Assembly: GCA_002372275.1 (NCBI GenBank) | Contig: DFFP01000009.1 | Location: 5,833-69,832, forward strand | DNA length: 64,000 nucleotides | Direction: 5' to 3' | From: Alphaproteobacteria bacterium UBA3773 | GTDB taxonomy: Bacteria > Pseudomonadota > Alphaproteobacteria > RF32 > CAG-239 | Notes under the pieces: model-generated | Told to the model about the DNA's origin: nothing | Database searches by the model: none | The model's input: the letters and a program-made list of their open reading frames with translations, nothing else | Translations under genes and position numbers: made by a program | In this document: in pieces, positions 1 through 8,358 of the stretch | Layout: each line of letters begins with the position of its first letter | How positions within the stretch are numbered: the first letter of the stretch is position 1

Positions 1-1063
1 CTTTGCTGATTTGATTTCGCATTGAAGGAGTAAGTTCTAAGGCTTTTTTAATGACGCTTGCTAGACTTTCGGCATCGCCCGCTTTGAAATGAAAGCCTGT
101 AATGCCGTCTTTAATCGTTTCAAGCGAGCCGCCGATGTCGGAGGCCACCACAATTCGCCCCATGGCTTCAGCTTCGGCAGAAATACGCCCGAATGCCTCA
201 GGGTCAAGAGAGGCTGAAACCACAATGTCGGAAATCATCATCATGGCAGGAACATCCGTGATGTTTCGGATAAAAGCAAAACGACCTTCCATTCCTTTGC
301 TTTCAATTGCTTCTTTTAATTCATCGGTGTAGTATTGTCGCCCTTGGTCATCACCAACAAAAACACAGCAAAAATCCATGTCCTTGATTTTTTCAAGCGC
401 ATCAATTAACAGGCGTTGGCCTTTCCAGCGTGTTAAACGCCCGATAAGCAAAATAATCGGCTTGTCATCAGGCAGATGATATTCTTCCATCAATTTAATC
501 ATGCGCTCGGGCGTGACCTTTGAGGAGTCGAATTTTTCAACGTCAACGCAGCGGTATATCAAACGAAGTTTATTTTCGTCACAACCGTAGTTTTCTAAAA
601 TGTGTTTTTTGATGTGCTCGGAGATGGCAATCACTAAATCACCTTTTGTCATAACGCTGTTGTATCTGAGTTTTAACCATCTCGGTTTAAGACCGTATGT
701 GCCGTGAAACGTTGTTAAAAAGGCAGCACCCGCTTTTTTTGCAGCCCAGTAGGCACTCCAAGCCGGTGCGCGAGAGCGGGCGTGAACAATATTGATGTTG
801 TTTTCTTTGATGATTTTATAAAGTTTTTTCGCATTCCACCAAATCTTAAGAGGATTCTTTGTTTTAAGTGGAAGCGTAAAATGTTTGACATGCAAATGTT
901 CAAGTTGATATGCCAAGCGACCGCCTTCGGAAGCGACAAAATTGGTAATCCCTCTTTTTTGGAGATCGCCCGCAATTTCAATCGTTCCACGCTCGACGCC
1001 ACCTTGCCCGAGCTCGGGTAAAACTTGAAGAACAACAGGATTTTTTTCTTTATTTTTAACCAT
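1..1063 (-). CDS. Glycosyltransferase family 4 (group 1); the C-terminus lies beyond the window edge
   Basis: Reverse-strand ORF starting at the ATG at 1063 (MVKNKEKNPVVLQVLPELGQGGVERG...). GT4 N- and C-domain pattern ending GRFAFIRNITDVPAMMMISDIVVSAS. It is absent from the ORF track because it has no stop codon inside the window. Confidence 0.75.
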   Translation of the reverse strand, partial: MVKNKEKNPVVLQVLPELGQGGVERGTIEIAGDLQKRGITNFVASEGGRLAYQLEHLHVKHFTLPLKTKNPLKIWWNAKKLYKIIKENNINIVHARSRAPAWSAYWAAKKAGAAFLTTFHGTYGLKPRWLKLRYNSVMTKGDLVIAISEHIKKHILENYGCDENKLRLIYRCVDVEKFDSSKVTPERMIKLMEEYHLPDDKPIILLIGRLTRWKGQRLLIDALEKIKDMDFCCVFVGDDQGRQYYTDELKEAIESKGMEGRFAFIRNITDVPAMMMISDIVVSASLDPEAFGRISAEAEAMGRIVVASDIGGSLETIKDGITGFHFKAGDAESLASVIKKALELTPSMRNQISK

Positions 1064-1107
1064 TTTCAACTTATATTCCCAGTTAAAGATTTTATTTTTC
1101 TAAAAAG

Positions 1108-1860
1108 GTGCTTTACATGATTTCACATATTTATCACACCGGTTTTACGACAAATTTAGAGTATTTTATTTCAAATCAAAACAAAAAGCCAAAATTTACG
1201 ATCGTTTATACACACGGTTTTTGTTCGGACCCGTGGGGACGCAAGCCTGAAGAGGTCAAAAAATGGTGTGCCGAAAACGGGATTGATTTTTTACGCTATG
1301 AGCTGGCAGGCCATGGCTCGGATATGGATCGTTTCGAAGAAGCGGATATGAATATTTGGAAAGCTCAGATTTTAGAGCTGATTGATGAAGTTATCAAAGG
1401 AGATGTCGTTGTTGTGGGCTCATCGCTCGGTGGCTGGCTTTCGCTGATTGCGGCTATTCAAAGGCCAAACCGTGTCAAAGGCGTTTTGGGACTGGCTGCC
1501 GCGCCTGATTTTACGGCTGACTACGAAAAATCTGCCAGGCCTGAAATTAAACAAGCACTTAAAGAAAACGGAAAATTTTCGTATGAAGGTTCCGGTATGA
1601 CTTTCACAATCACCAAAAAACTTTTGGACAGCGGAAATGAAAATCTGATTTTAGATAAGCCCTCTATTCCCGTTATTTGTCCGGTTGTTTTGATTCAGGG
1701 AATGAAAGATGAAAGTGTGCCCTACCAAAAGGCTATTAAAATCGAAACGCTTTTGGAAAGTCAAAATGTTGTCTTAAAACTCTTAAAAACAGCGACGCAT
1801 CGCTTGAACGAAGATCAGAATATTAAAGAAATTTTATCGGCGCTTGACTCTTTTTTATGA
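1108..1860 (+). CDS. Alpha/beta-fold hydrolase (esterase or lipase-like)
   Basis: Nucleophile-elbow motif GSSLGGW with an HG oxyanion motif. Length is about 250 aa. The true start may be the MISHIY at 1117. Confidence 0.7.
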   Translation: MLYMISHIYHTGFTTNLEYFISNQNKKPKFTIVYTHGFCSDPWGRKPEEVKKWCAENGIDFLRYELAGHGSDMDRFEEADMNIWKAQILELIDEVIKGDVVVVGSSLGGWLSLIAAIQRPNRVKGVLGLAAAPDFTADYEKSARPEIKQALKENGKFSYEGSGMTFTITKKLLDSGNENLILDKPSIPVICPVVLIQGMKDESVPYQKAIKIETLLESQNVVLKLLKTATHRLNEDQNIKEILSALDSFL

Positions 1861-2829
1861 GTTTTTTAGATTTTGTTTAAGAGCATTTTGCTTTTGTAAT
1901 GTGTTGCGCTCCCAAAAAACGCCGTCGGTATAGCCTTGGATGGATTTGTCATTGTCAGCTGCTTTGAGACGCTTTAATGAGAGCATGGCATATTCTTCAT
2001 CTATTTCGATGCCACAGTATTTTCTGTTTAATTTTTTAGCAACAACGCTGCTTGTGCCGCTTCCTAAAAACGGGTCAAAAACCATATCGCCCTCTTTGGA
2101 AGAGGCTAAAATCAGTTTGGCATATAATTTTTCGGGCTTTTGGGTCGGGTGAGGGGTGTTTTCGCTCATGGACCAAAAGGGAATACTGATGTCATCCCAA
2201 AAATTGGAGGGACATGTGTCGCGAAAATTGCCGCCTGCGGTGGCTTGCCAATCTTTAGGCAAACCGTCTTTTTTGTATGGTGCGAGGACACTGCGTCGGA
2301 TTTTAACGGCTTCTAAATTAAAATAGTAGGATTTTGGGTTTTTAACGGCAAACCAAATATCTTCCATGCCGTTTTTCCAATTGTTTGCAGCACCTCTTCC
2401 TTTTTCGCGTTGCCATGTGATTCGATTTAAAATGAAAAGACCCTCTTTTTCAATGGCTCTTTGAAGGCAGGACGTGCATTTGTAATCACCGCATAGGTAA
2501 AGTGAGCCGGTGTCTTTGAGCTTGAGGCAGACTTGATGAAACCATGAATCAAGGTATTTTTCATACGCTTTCGTATTCATGGCGTTAAAAGTTCGATTAC
2601 CGAAATTTTTGGTTAAGTTATAGGGAGGATCAATGATGATAAGATCGGCAAATTCGTTTGGTAAATAAGAAAGTGCCTTAAAAGTATCGGCACAAATTGT
2701 GGTGTTTGTTATATCAGGATGTTGTTTTAAGTCAGATAAAGTGATAAGCCTGTTTTTGAAAACGGATTTGTCTTCCACCGTCAGGGCCATTGTTTTATTG
2801 CGAGATGAATTTTTTTTATTCGTAATCAT
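1855..2829 (-). CDS. Beta-class N6-adenine/N4-cytosine DNA methyltransferase, CcrM/M.HinfI-like
   Basis: IIDPPYNL catalytic motif, then HPTQKPEKL and FDPFLGSGTS (AdoMet-binding). Collinear with CcrM-family MTases but lacks their roughly 80-aa C-terminal extension. Confidence 0.85.
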   Translation of the reverse strand: MITNKKNSSRNKTMALTVEDKSVFKNRLITLSDLKQHPDITNTTICADTFKALSYLPNEFADLIIIDPPYNLTKNFGNRTFNAMNTKAYEKYLDSWFHQVCLKLKDTGSLYLCGDYKCTSCLQRAIEKEGLFILNRITWQREKGRGAANNWKNGMEDIWFAVKNPKSYYFNLEAVKIRRSVLAPYKKDGLPKDWQATAGGNFRDTCPSNFWDDISIPFWSMSENTPHPTQKPEKLYAKLILASSKEGDMVFDPFLGSGTSSVVAKKLNRKYCGIEIDEEYAMLSLKRLKAADNDKSIQGYTDGVFWERNTLQKQNALKQNLKNS

Positions 2830-2879
2830 TTTATTTTCTCTTTTTTCTTTTTAGCATAGGATTTTTTTTCAGTCAAACG

Positions 2880-2921
2880 CAAAAAAAAATCCGTCTGCTT
2901 TTTGATAACAGGCGGATTTTT
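2880..2921. terminator. Bidirectional rho-independent terminator
   Basis: Stem atccgtctg/caggcggat flanked by an A9 run and a T5 run. Lies between the 175-aa gene and the MTase gene. Confidence 0.6.
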
Positions 2922-2929
2922 CTTAAATT

Positions 2930-3457
2930 TCAAGATTGTTTGTGAAAAGCCAGATTGATAACTTCGGCAAATGTCGGATTATATGACATTTGATCATGAG
3001 AAAAATCAGCTCCGACAAACTTAAACAGTTGCATGACCGCAGAAGTGACAGATACTTTTTTGTTGCCATACTTCGCAGGGATACCATCAAGCACGCGGCA
3101 GTTAATGATATCAGGATTTTCCTGATATGCTTTTGAAAGCCCGAGATTGTCTAAAAAAAACTGTTTAACATCTTCAACCGTCTTGTGCTGTTTGTCGTAA
3201 ACAAGGTCGATGACATCGTTGATGGAATACTTCTCAGGTAAACTCTTAAGTAACGAGAGGTTGTCCATAATTTTGATGCCGACGGATTGAAAAATGTCTT
3301 CAATAGCAAAAGCTACACCAAACGATGGTAAGTCTTCGTTGTCAATCAGTCTGGACAACAGTTGCGAATCGCTCAGATAACCTTCTTCTTTACAGACAGA
3401 GCTCGGAAGCTTTAATGCACCTAAAAAGGTGTTTAAAAGTTCAGATTTGCTTTTCAT
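2930..3457 (-). CDS. Hypothetical protein (175 aa), upstream of and co-directional with the MTase
   Basis: ORF with no recognisable motif. Codon usage matches its neighbours. Confidence 0.5.
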   Translation of the reverse strand: MKSKSELLNTFLGALKLPSSVCKEEGYLSDSQLLSRLIDNEDLPSFGVAFAIEDIFQSVGIKIMDNLSLLKSLPEKYSINDVIDLVYDKQHKTVEDVKQFFLDNLGLSKAYQENPDIINCRVLDGIPAKYGNKKVSVTSAVMQLFKFVGADFSHDQMSYNPTFAEVINLAFHKQS

Positions 3458-3611
3458 AATGATTTAATATTTTTAGTGAATTAATTGTAAAATATTGCAA
3501 CTATAATATATTTAAATTTATTTTTTGTCAATTATAAAAAGTAAAAAAAACTTGTATTGTTCGGATTGCTTTGTTATAAGAACTTTACTTTAATATATAA
3601 GGGATTATACA

Positions 3612-5429
3612 ATGCAAATTCAGAATTTATTCAGAAAACATAATGTCGGTCTGTTTTTAATTCATTTTTTTGTTTTTTATGTGCTGGTTATGTTTGCTCG
3701 GTTTTTGACGACATCCGGTAAGCTTGATCTTTGTATGTGGCAGGGATATCAACTTTCGTTTGCTCTTGCATTTGCATCTGTTTCTGCTCTTTTTGATTAT
3801 AATAAAAAAAATACCGTTCTCTTTTTATTTGTCTCATTTTTGTGGGGTGCGGCATGCTTGTGTAAAATAGGGGTTGGGATGGTGTTATCCGAACGCGAAA
3901 TTGTGCAAACAATCGGGTTTGGAACAGTCTCGTATGTTCTTTTTTCTGTTTTGCTTTATCTCACTCTTTTGGTTAAAAATAAATTCTTTGCTTTGCTCTT
4001 AAAGTGTTTTGTTTTGATTTTATTTGCTATTGTACTTTTGCCGCCGCTTTTGGTTATCGGCTATTATGTGGTCAGTGATGGACATATGCTTTCAAGTAAT
4101 ATTTTGCTGACCTTGTTTCAAACAAATGTTGGAGAGGTTTATGCTTATTTGGCTGAACAAAATGTTTGGCTTTGGGGTGTTTCGGTAACGGCAATCGTTG
4201 TCGTTTCTGTTCTTGTTTCTTATTTATTGGGGCATATCCGAGTGCAGGCTCATTTAGGAAAACTTCTTGTTTTTAATTTAATTTTGATTGTTTATTTAAT
4301 TTTCAGCGTTGTGCCGAAGCTCAGTTCGAGTTTTGCAGTTAATATGTTTGTTCGTGTTGCTGATACATTAAAAGAATATAAATCATATGCGTTGAAAAGT
4401 TCAGAACGTGAGGCCAGACTTAAAACGCTCAAAGATGTATTAAGAACAGATGATGAGGCAGGACTTCATGTCTTGGTGATGGGCGAATCAACAGTCAGAC
4501 ATCACTTGGGCGCTTTCGGATATAAGAGAAATACAACGCCGTGGCTTTCTAAAATGGTTGGTGAAAACAAAAATACGATTATTTATCCGAAAGCCTATTC
4601 AAGTAATATCCAAACAGTGATGTCCATTCAATTTGCTTTAACTTCGCAAAATCAGTATAATGGTGTGTCGCTCGGGGATTCATATAGTTTAACGGAAGTG
4701 GCAACTGCTGCCGGTTATGAGACATATTGGATTTCAAATCAGATGCATTTTAATGCTTATGATACACCGATCAGTTCTATTTTTAACGGCGCTGATCACC
4801 GTATTTTTATTAATGATTATTTCGGGACAAGATTGCTCACAACTTATTATGATGAAAAATTGGCAGAAAAATTTCCGAAACTTGATGAAAATAAAAAGAC
4901 ACTGATTGTTTTTCATTTAATGGGATGTCATAACCTTTATATTGACAGATATCCGGCCGATTTTAAAACATTTACGGATGGCGATGATCCGCGTGTTGAC
5001 AGCTATGATGATTGTATTTTGTATAATGACTATGTTTTGTCGCTTTTGTATCAAAAGGCCATACAAAATAAAAATTTCATGTCATTTACGTTTTTATCCG
5101 ATCATGGGGAAGATCCGGATAATGGTTTAACACATGACTATTCAAAATTTACGTGGCGTATGCCTCATATTCCGTTTGTGACAATTTTTTCAAATGATTA
5201 CGCCTTAAAGCATGAAGATATTGTTGGGACACTTCAAGAACATAAAAACAGCTATTGGACGAGTGATTTATTGTTTAATTTGATGACCCATATTTTGGGA
5301 ATTGAAAATGTGCCGCATGATGCGCCGAAGTTTGATCTTTCAAAGCCGGAGTATGCAATGACTAAAGATAATTTGACGATTATTGAGGGCTCACTTCGCG
5401 TGGCAGATGATGATAGCAAGGACAGATAA
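3612..5429 (+). CDS. Phosphoethanolamine transferase (EptA/sulfatase-family LPS or lipid A modifying enzyme)
   Basis: N-terminal polytopic membrane domain, then a C-terminal sulfatase-like domain with HLMGCH and LSDHGE motifs. Confidence 0.8.
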   Translation: MQIQNLFRKHNVGLFLIHFFVFYVLVMFARFLTTSGKLDLCMWQGYQLSFALAFASVSALFDYNKKNTVLFLFVSFLWGAACLCKIGVGMVLSEREIVQTIGFGTVSYVLFSVLLYLTLLVKNKFFALLLKCFVLILFAIVLLPPLLVIGYYVVSDGHMLSSNILLTLFQTNVGEVYAYLAEQNVWLWGVSVTAIVVVSVLVSYLLGHIRVQAHLGKLLVFNLILIVYLIFSVVPKLSSSFAVNMFVRVADTLKEYKSYALKSSEREARLKTLKDVLRTDDEAGLHVLVMGESTVRHHLGAFGYKRNTTPWLSKMVGENKNTIIYPKAYSSNIQTVMSIQFALTSQNQYNGVSLGDSYSLTEVATAAGYETYWISNQMHFNAYDTPISSIFNGADHRIFINDYFGTRLLTTYYDEKLAEKFPKLDENKKTLIVFHLMGCHNLYIDRYPADFKTFTDGDDPRVDSYDDCILYNDYVLSLLYQKAIQNKNFMSFTFLSDHGEDPDNGLTHDYSKFTWRMPHIPFVTIFSNDYALKHEDIVGTLQEHKNSYWTSDLLFNLMTHILGIENVPHDAPKFDLSKPEYAMTKDNLTIIEGSLRVADDDSKDR

Positions 5430-5440
5430 ATTGCAGAAAA

Positions 5441-5787
5441 AAATGCCATTATGAGCATTTTTTTATCCTCGAGCCCTTTCGGGTTCGATTTCCACGGTAC
5501 AACATCAATAAACAAAAAAAAACACTCTTTGGGTGTTTCTTGTTTATTGGAGCAGACAACGGGAATATGTAGCTAAAGCTACTCGCTAATCAAAAATCTA
5601 AATTCGTTGCGGGCGTTTGCACACTTCCTTACTCATTAAAATTTTTGATCCTCTTGCGGTAAAAAATGCCATCTCGGGCATTTTTTATCCTCGAGCCCTT
5701 TCGGGTTCGATTTCCACTGTACAACATCAATAAACAAAAAAAACACCCTTTGGGTGTTCTTTGTTTATTGGAGCAGACAACGGGAAT
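5441..5787. repeat. Two-copy imperfect direct repeat (about 125 bp per copy, period 221 bp). It contains terminator hairpins and the last 19 nt of tRNA-Gly.
   Basis: 5441..5566 aligns with 5661..5787 at about 93% identity. Copy 2 continues into the intact tRNA. Copy 1 ends at ...tggagcagacaacgggaat and then diverges. Confidence 0.85.
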
Positions 5788-5842
5788 CGAACCCGCATTA
5801 AAAGCTTGGGAAGCTCTCATTCTACCATTGAATTATGTCTGC
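5769..5842 (-). tRNA. tRNA-Gly (anticodon CCC)
   Basis: Minus-strand read GCAGACATAATTCAATGGTAGAATGAGAGCTTCCCAAGCTTTTAATGCGGGTTCGATTCCCGTTGTCTGCTCCA. It has a 7-bp acceptor stem, a D-arm, anticodon loop TTCCCAA, a T-arm GGTTCGATTCC and a CCA end. Confidence 0.9.
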
Positions 5843-5892
5843 AACGGTACTCTGTATATAGCACCCTTTTGATATAAAAATCAAGTAGTTTT

Positions 5893-6537
5893 TTATATGA
5901 GCTTTTCTGTTTTAAAAGCAAATGATATTTTTCCGATGATTTTTAATTTTTTGAGACTGCAGGTTGTGCTTTGATACTTTGCGTTGTCTAAAATAACGGC
6001 ACACTCGGATGAGGATATTTGTTGCAGGCGGCGGACATGCCAGCCGTTTGGTAGCTCAATGAGATATAAGCCGTCTGAAGTTAATGAGTTAACAGATGTG
6101 TCAAGAAAAACATAATCGCCGTCTTTTAAGGTAGGAAACATGGAATCTCCCGTGATGCGAAACATCTTTGTTGTTTGAGCAGGGGCTGACGAAAAATTAG
6201 AAAAATCGGATAAAGGAATTGATAGGTAACCTGAAGTTTTTGCTTCAAAATTTTTTGTGGGGGCGAGAGAAATCAATTCAATCAAGGCTGATGATTTTGG
6301 ATCGGTATTATATGTCGATTTTGGAAGAATAATGTCGGTCAATTCTTGTTCTTCGACATCTAAAAGTTCAGCTAACTTGCGGCGCTCGCTTTCCGGTAAA
6401 CGTAAGGGAGAGCCTTTGTTAATAAATTGGTGTAAGTATGCCTCGTTTTTGCCGATGGCAAGCGAAAGAGAACGATAATTTTTGTTCTTTTCTTTGATTA
6501 ATGCGTCAATATGCGCGCGGATTTGGTCGATGTTCAT
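5893..6537 (-). CDS. Prophage CI/LexA-like repressor (HTH plus S24 peptidase)
   Basis: C-terminal GDSMFPTLKDGDYVFLD S24 autoprotease motif. The likely start is MNIDQIRAHID at 6537. Transcribed divergently from the early genes. Confidence 0.8.
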   Translation of the reverse strand: MNIDQIRAHIDALIKEKNKNYRSLSLAIGKNEAYLHQFINKGSPLRLPESERRKLAELLDVEEQELTDIILPKSTYNTDPKSSALIELISLAPTKNFEAKTSGYLSIPLSDFSNFSSAPAQTTKMFRITGDSMFPTLKDGDYVFLDTSVNSLTSDGLYLIELPNGWHVRRLQQISSSECAVILDNAKYQSTTCSLKKLKIIGKISFAFKTEKLI

Positions 6538-6665
6538 GAAGATTCTCCGGTTTTTATGAAGATATAAGATATCTATCATAAAAAAAATATCTGTGCAAAT
6601 AATAAATTTCTTATTGTATTTATAATAAAAATATCATATTTATCCAGGACGAAAGGAGAAAATAT

Positions 6666-7064
6666 ATGATAAAAACTAATTTTGAACGATTATATCATAA
6701 AGGATGGCTAAAATCTAAAACAAGTATGTGGAGAGAAACAGACAGATTTACGGCCGGACAGAAATTATATTTTTCTTATGAAAAAAGTCAGGATTATTCT
6801 GTGGGAGTTATCGATCCGACAAGGTTATATGTTAATTCTTTTTCGATTGAAAAGGGTTTAGGAAATTTTTCGCAAGAAAAAGAAAAATTTATAAAAGCAT
6901 ACGGCGCCGTTCCGATTGGACTTAGAAAAATCATAGAGAATTTGATTTTGAAAAATATTGCCCCAGCTTTGAACGATAAAAAAGAAGTGGCGCAATACAA
7001 AGAAAAACTTTGTTTGGCACTTGATTGTTTGGTTTGTCATTATGTCAGAGGAAATCAAAAATGA
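6666..7064 (+). CDS. Phage early protein, hypothetical
   Basis: First ORF transcribed divergently from the repressor. RBS aggagaa upstream. Confidence 0.5.
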   Translation: MIKTNFERLYHKGWLKSKTSMWRETDRFTAGQKLYFSYEKSQDYSVGVIDPTRLYVNSFSIEKGLGNFSQEKEKFIKAYGAVPIGLRKIIENLILKNIAPALNDKKEVAQYKEKLCLALDCLVCHYVRGNQK

Positions 7065-7366
7065 TTGAAGAAGAAATGGTGAGACGCCAAACGGAATGTA
7101 TACGAATTTGCAGGCTATTTCGGGCTGTGTTGCAGAAAGCCGTTTCTGATGCGTTTGGGCCGAAATGCAGGCTTTCAAAAAGGAGAAAACTGAAAGAAAA
7201 AGCACGCGCATTTTTAAGTGATAATGAAGATTTTAGGCTGATTTGTAAGATGGCTTTTGTGGATCCGATGTGGATTTTAAGCGTTGTTGAACAGCCAAAA
7301 TTAAAAAATAAAGAAAAATATGAGCAAATACTTTTAAATATAAAGGATAATTATTATTATTTTTAA
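7061..7366 (+). CDS. Phage early protein, hypothetical (basic; possible regulator)
   Basis: ATGA start/stop overlap with the preceding ORF. Lys/Arg-rich, 102 aa. Confidence 0.45.
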   Translation: MIEEEMVRRQTECIRICRLFRAVLQKAVSDAFGPKCRLSKRRKLKEKARAFLSDNEDFRLICKMAFVDPMWILSVVEQPKLKNKEKYEQILLNIKDNYYYF

Positions 7367-7458
7367 GATATTTCATATATTTAAGCCTGTTTTCCACAGG
7401 GGATTGACACGTATAATAAAAATCTTATATATATAAGACAATTGATGAAAAAAACGGA

Positions 7459-7488
7459 AACGCAACGAATTATGTTGCGTTTTTTTTG
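7459..7488 (+). terminator. Rho-independent terminator after the early genes
   Basis: Stem aacgcaac/gttgcgtt, then a T7 run. Confidence 0.6.
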
Positions 7489-7632
7489 ATGTTTAATTGG
7501 GTTGCGGCAGAAATGTCTGTTTAACGGGTTTGGGTGGGAAAACGAGAAAATCGGGCTTGAATGTGAGGATATGAATTTGGAAAGAAAAAATGTTGTTCAA
7601 ATAACAATTTTTTAAAAAATGAAAGGAAAATA

Positions 7633-8358
7633 ATGGTTGGAATTTTGGATATTTGTCGTTCGGCTGCGGATATAACGGCATCGCAGAGGCCGGATGATTT
7701 GTTTAGAGTTGATACGCAACATAATGCGATTTTTTTATCAATCGCCGAAAATGAATTGGAGAGTTTACTCAGGTATGGAAATTGGCCCGAATTGATTAAA
7801 GAAGGGCGTTTTAGAACACAGCCGAACAAAACTTATTATGCATTTGATCAAATTACTGCGGATTTCTATTGTTTAACCCATAATACGCTCTTTATTAAAG
7901 ACAGAAATGAACGCGTTTTAGGCTCATTCACGTATGAAGAAGCGATGCAAAGAAAGTATTTAAAAACTTCTTCGGGGGAACTTGAATTTAGAATTGAAAA
8001 TAACGGTTTGCGCTTTTTAAAAGCACCTCTGGCGAATTTGAGTGTTGTGTTTTTGTATCGCTCAAATACGATTTGCTATGACGCGGTGACAGGCGAAGAA
8101 AAATGCAAATTGGAAAAAAATGATGATGTGCCTGTGTTTGATCAGTATATCGTTAAACTCGGTATTATATGGAGATGGCTTAAGCGTAGCGGGATGGATT
8201 ATGCCCAGGAATATAACGATTATCAAAATGAACTGAAAAGAAAATATGCACTAACGCTTGAAACACATGATATTTCGCTTGTTAGCGGATATGAACCTTC
8301 AAGATTTAACAATACAATCAATTTATGTGTCGGTGGAGACGGGTATGACAGAAGTTGA
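7633..8358 (+). CDS. Phage protein, hypothetical (241 aa)
   Basis: ORF overlapping the portal-like gene start by 14 nt. No recognisable motif. Confidence 0.5.
   Translation: MVGILDICRSAADITASQRPDDLFRVDTQHNAIFLSIAENELESLLRYGNWPELIKEGRFRTQPNKTYYAFDQITADFYCLTHNTLFIKDRNERVLGSFTYEEAMQRKYLKTSSGELEFRIENNGLRFLKAPLANLSVVFLYRSNTICYDAVTGEEKCKLEKNDDVPVFDQYIVKLGIIWRWLKRSGMDYAQEYNDYQNELKRKYALTLETHDISLVSGYEPSRFNNTINLCVGGDGYDRS

Noticed and set aside
102-1021. Plus-strand ORFs 102..332 and 782..1021, and the minus-strand ORF 715..1035
   Set aside because: They lie inside or out of frame with the long edge-truncated glycosyltransferase ORF on the minus strand (1..1063). That ORF has a clear family signature, so these are shadow ORFs.
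5629-5872. ORFs 5629..5820 (minus) and 5666..5872 (plus)
   Set aside because: They overlap the tRNA-Gly gene and the terminator-containing repeat. Both are spurious.
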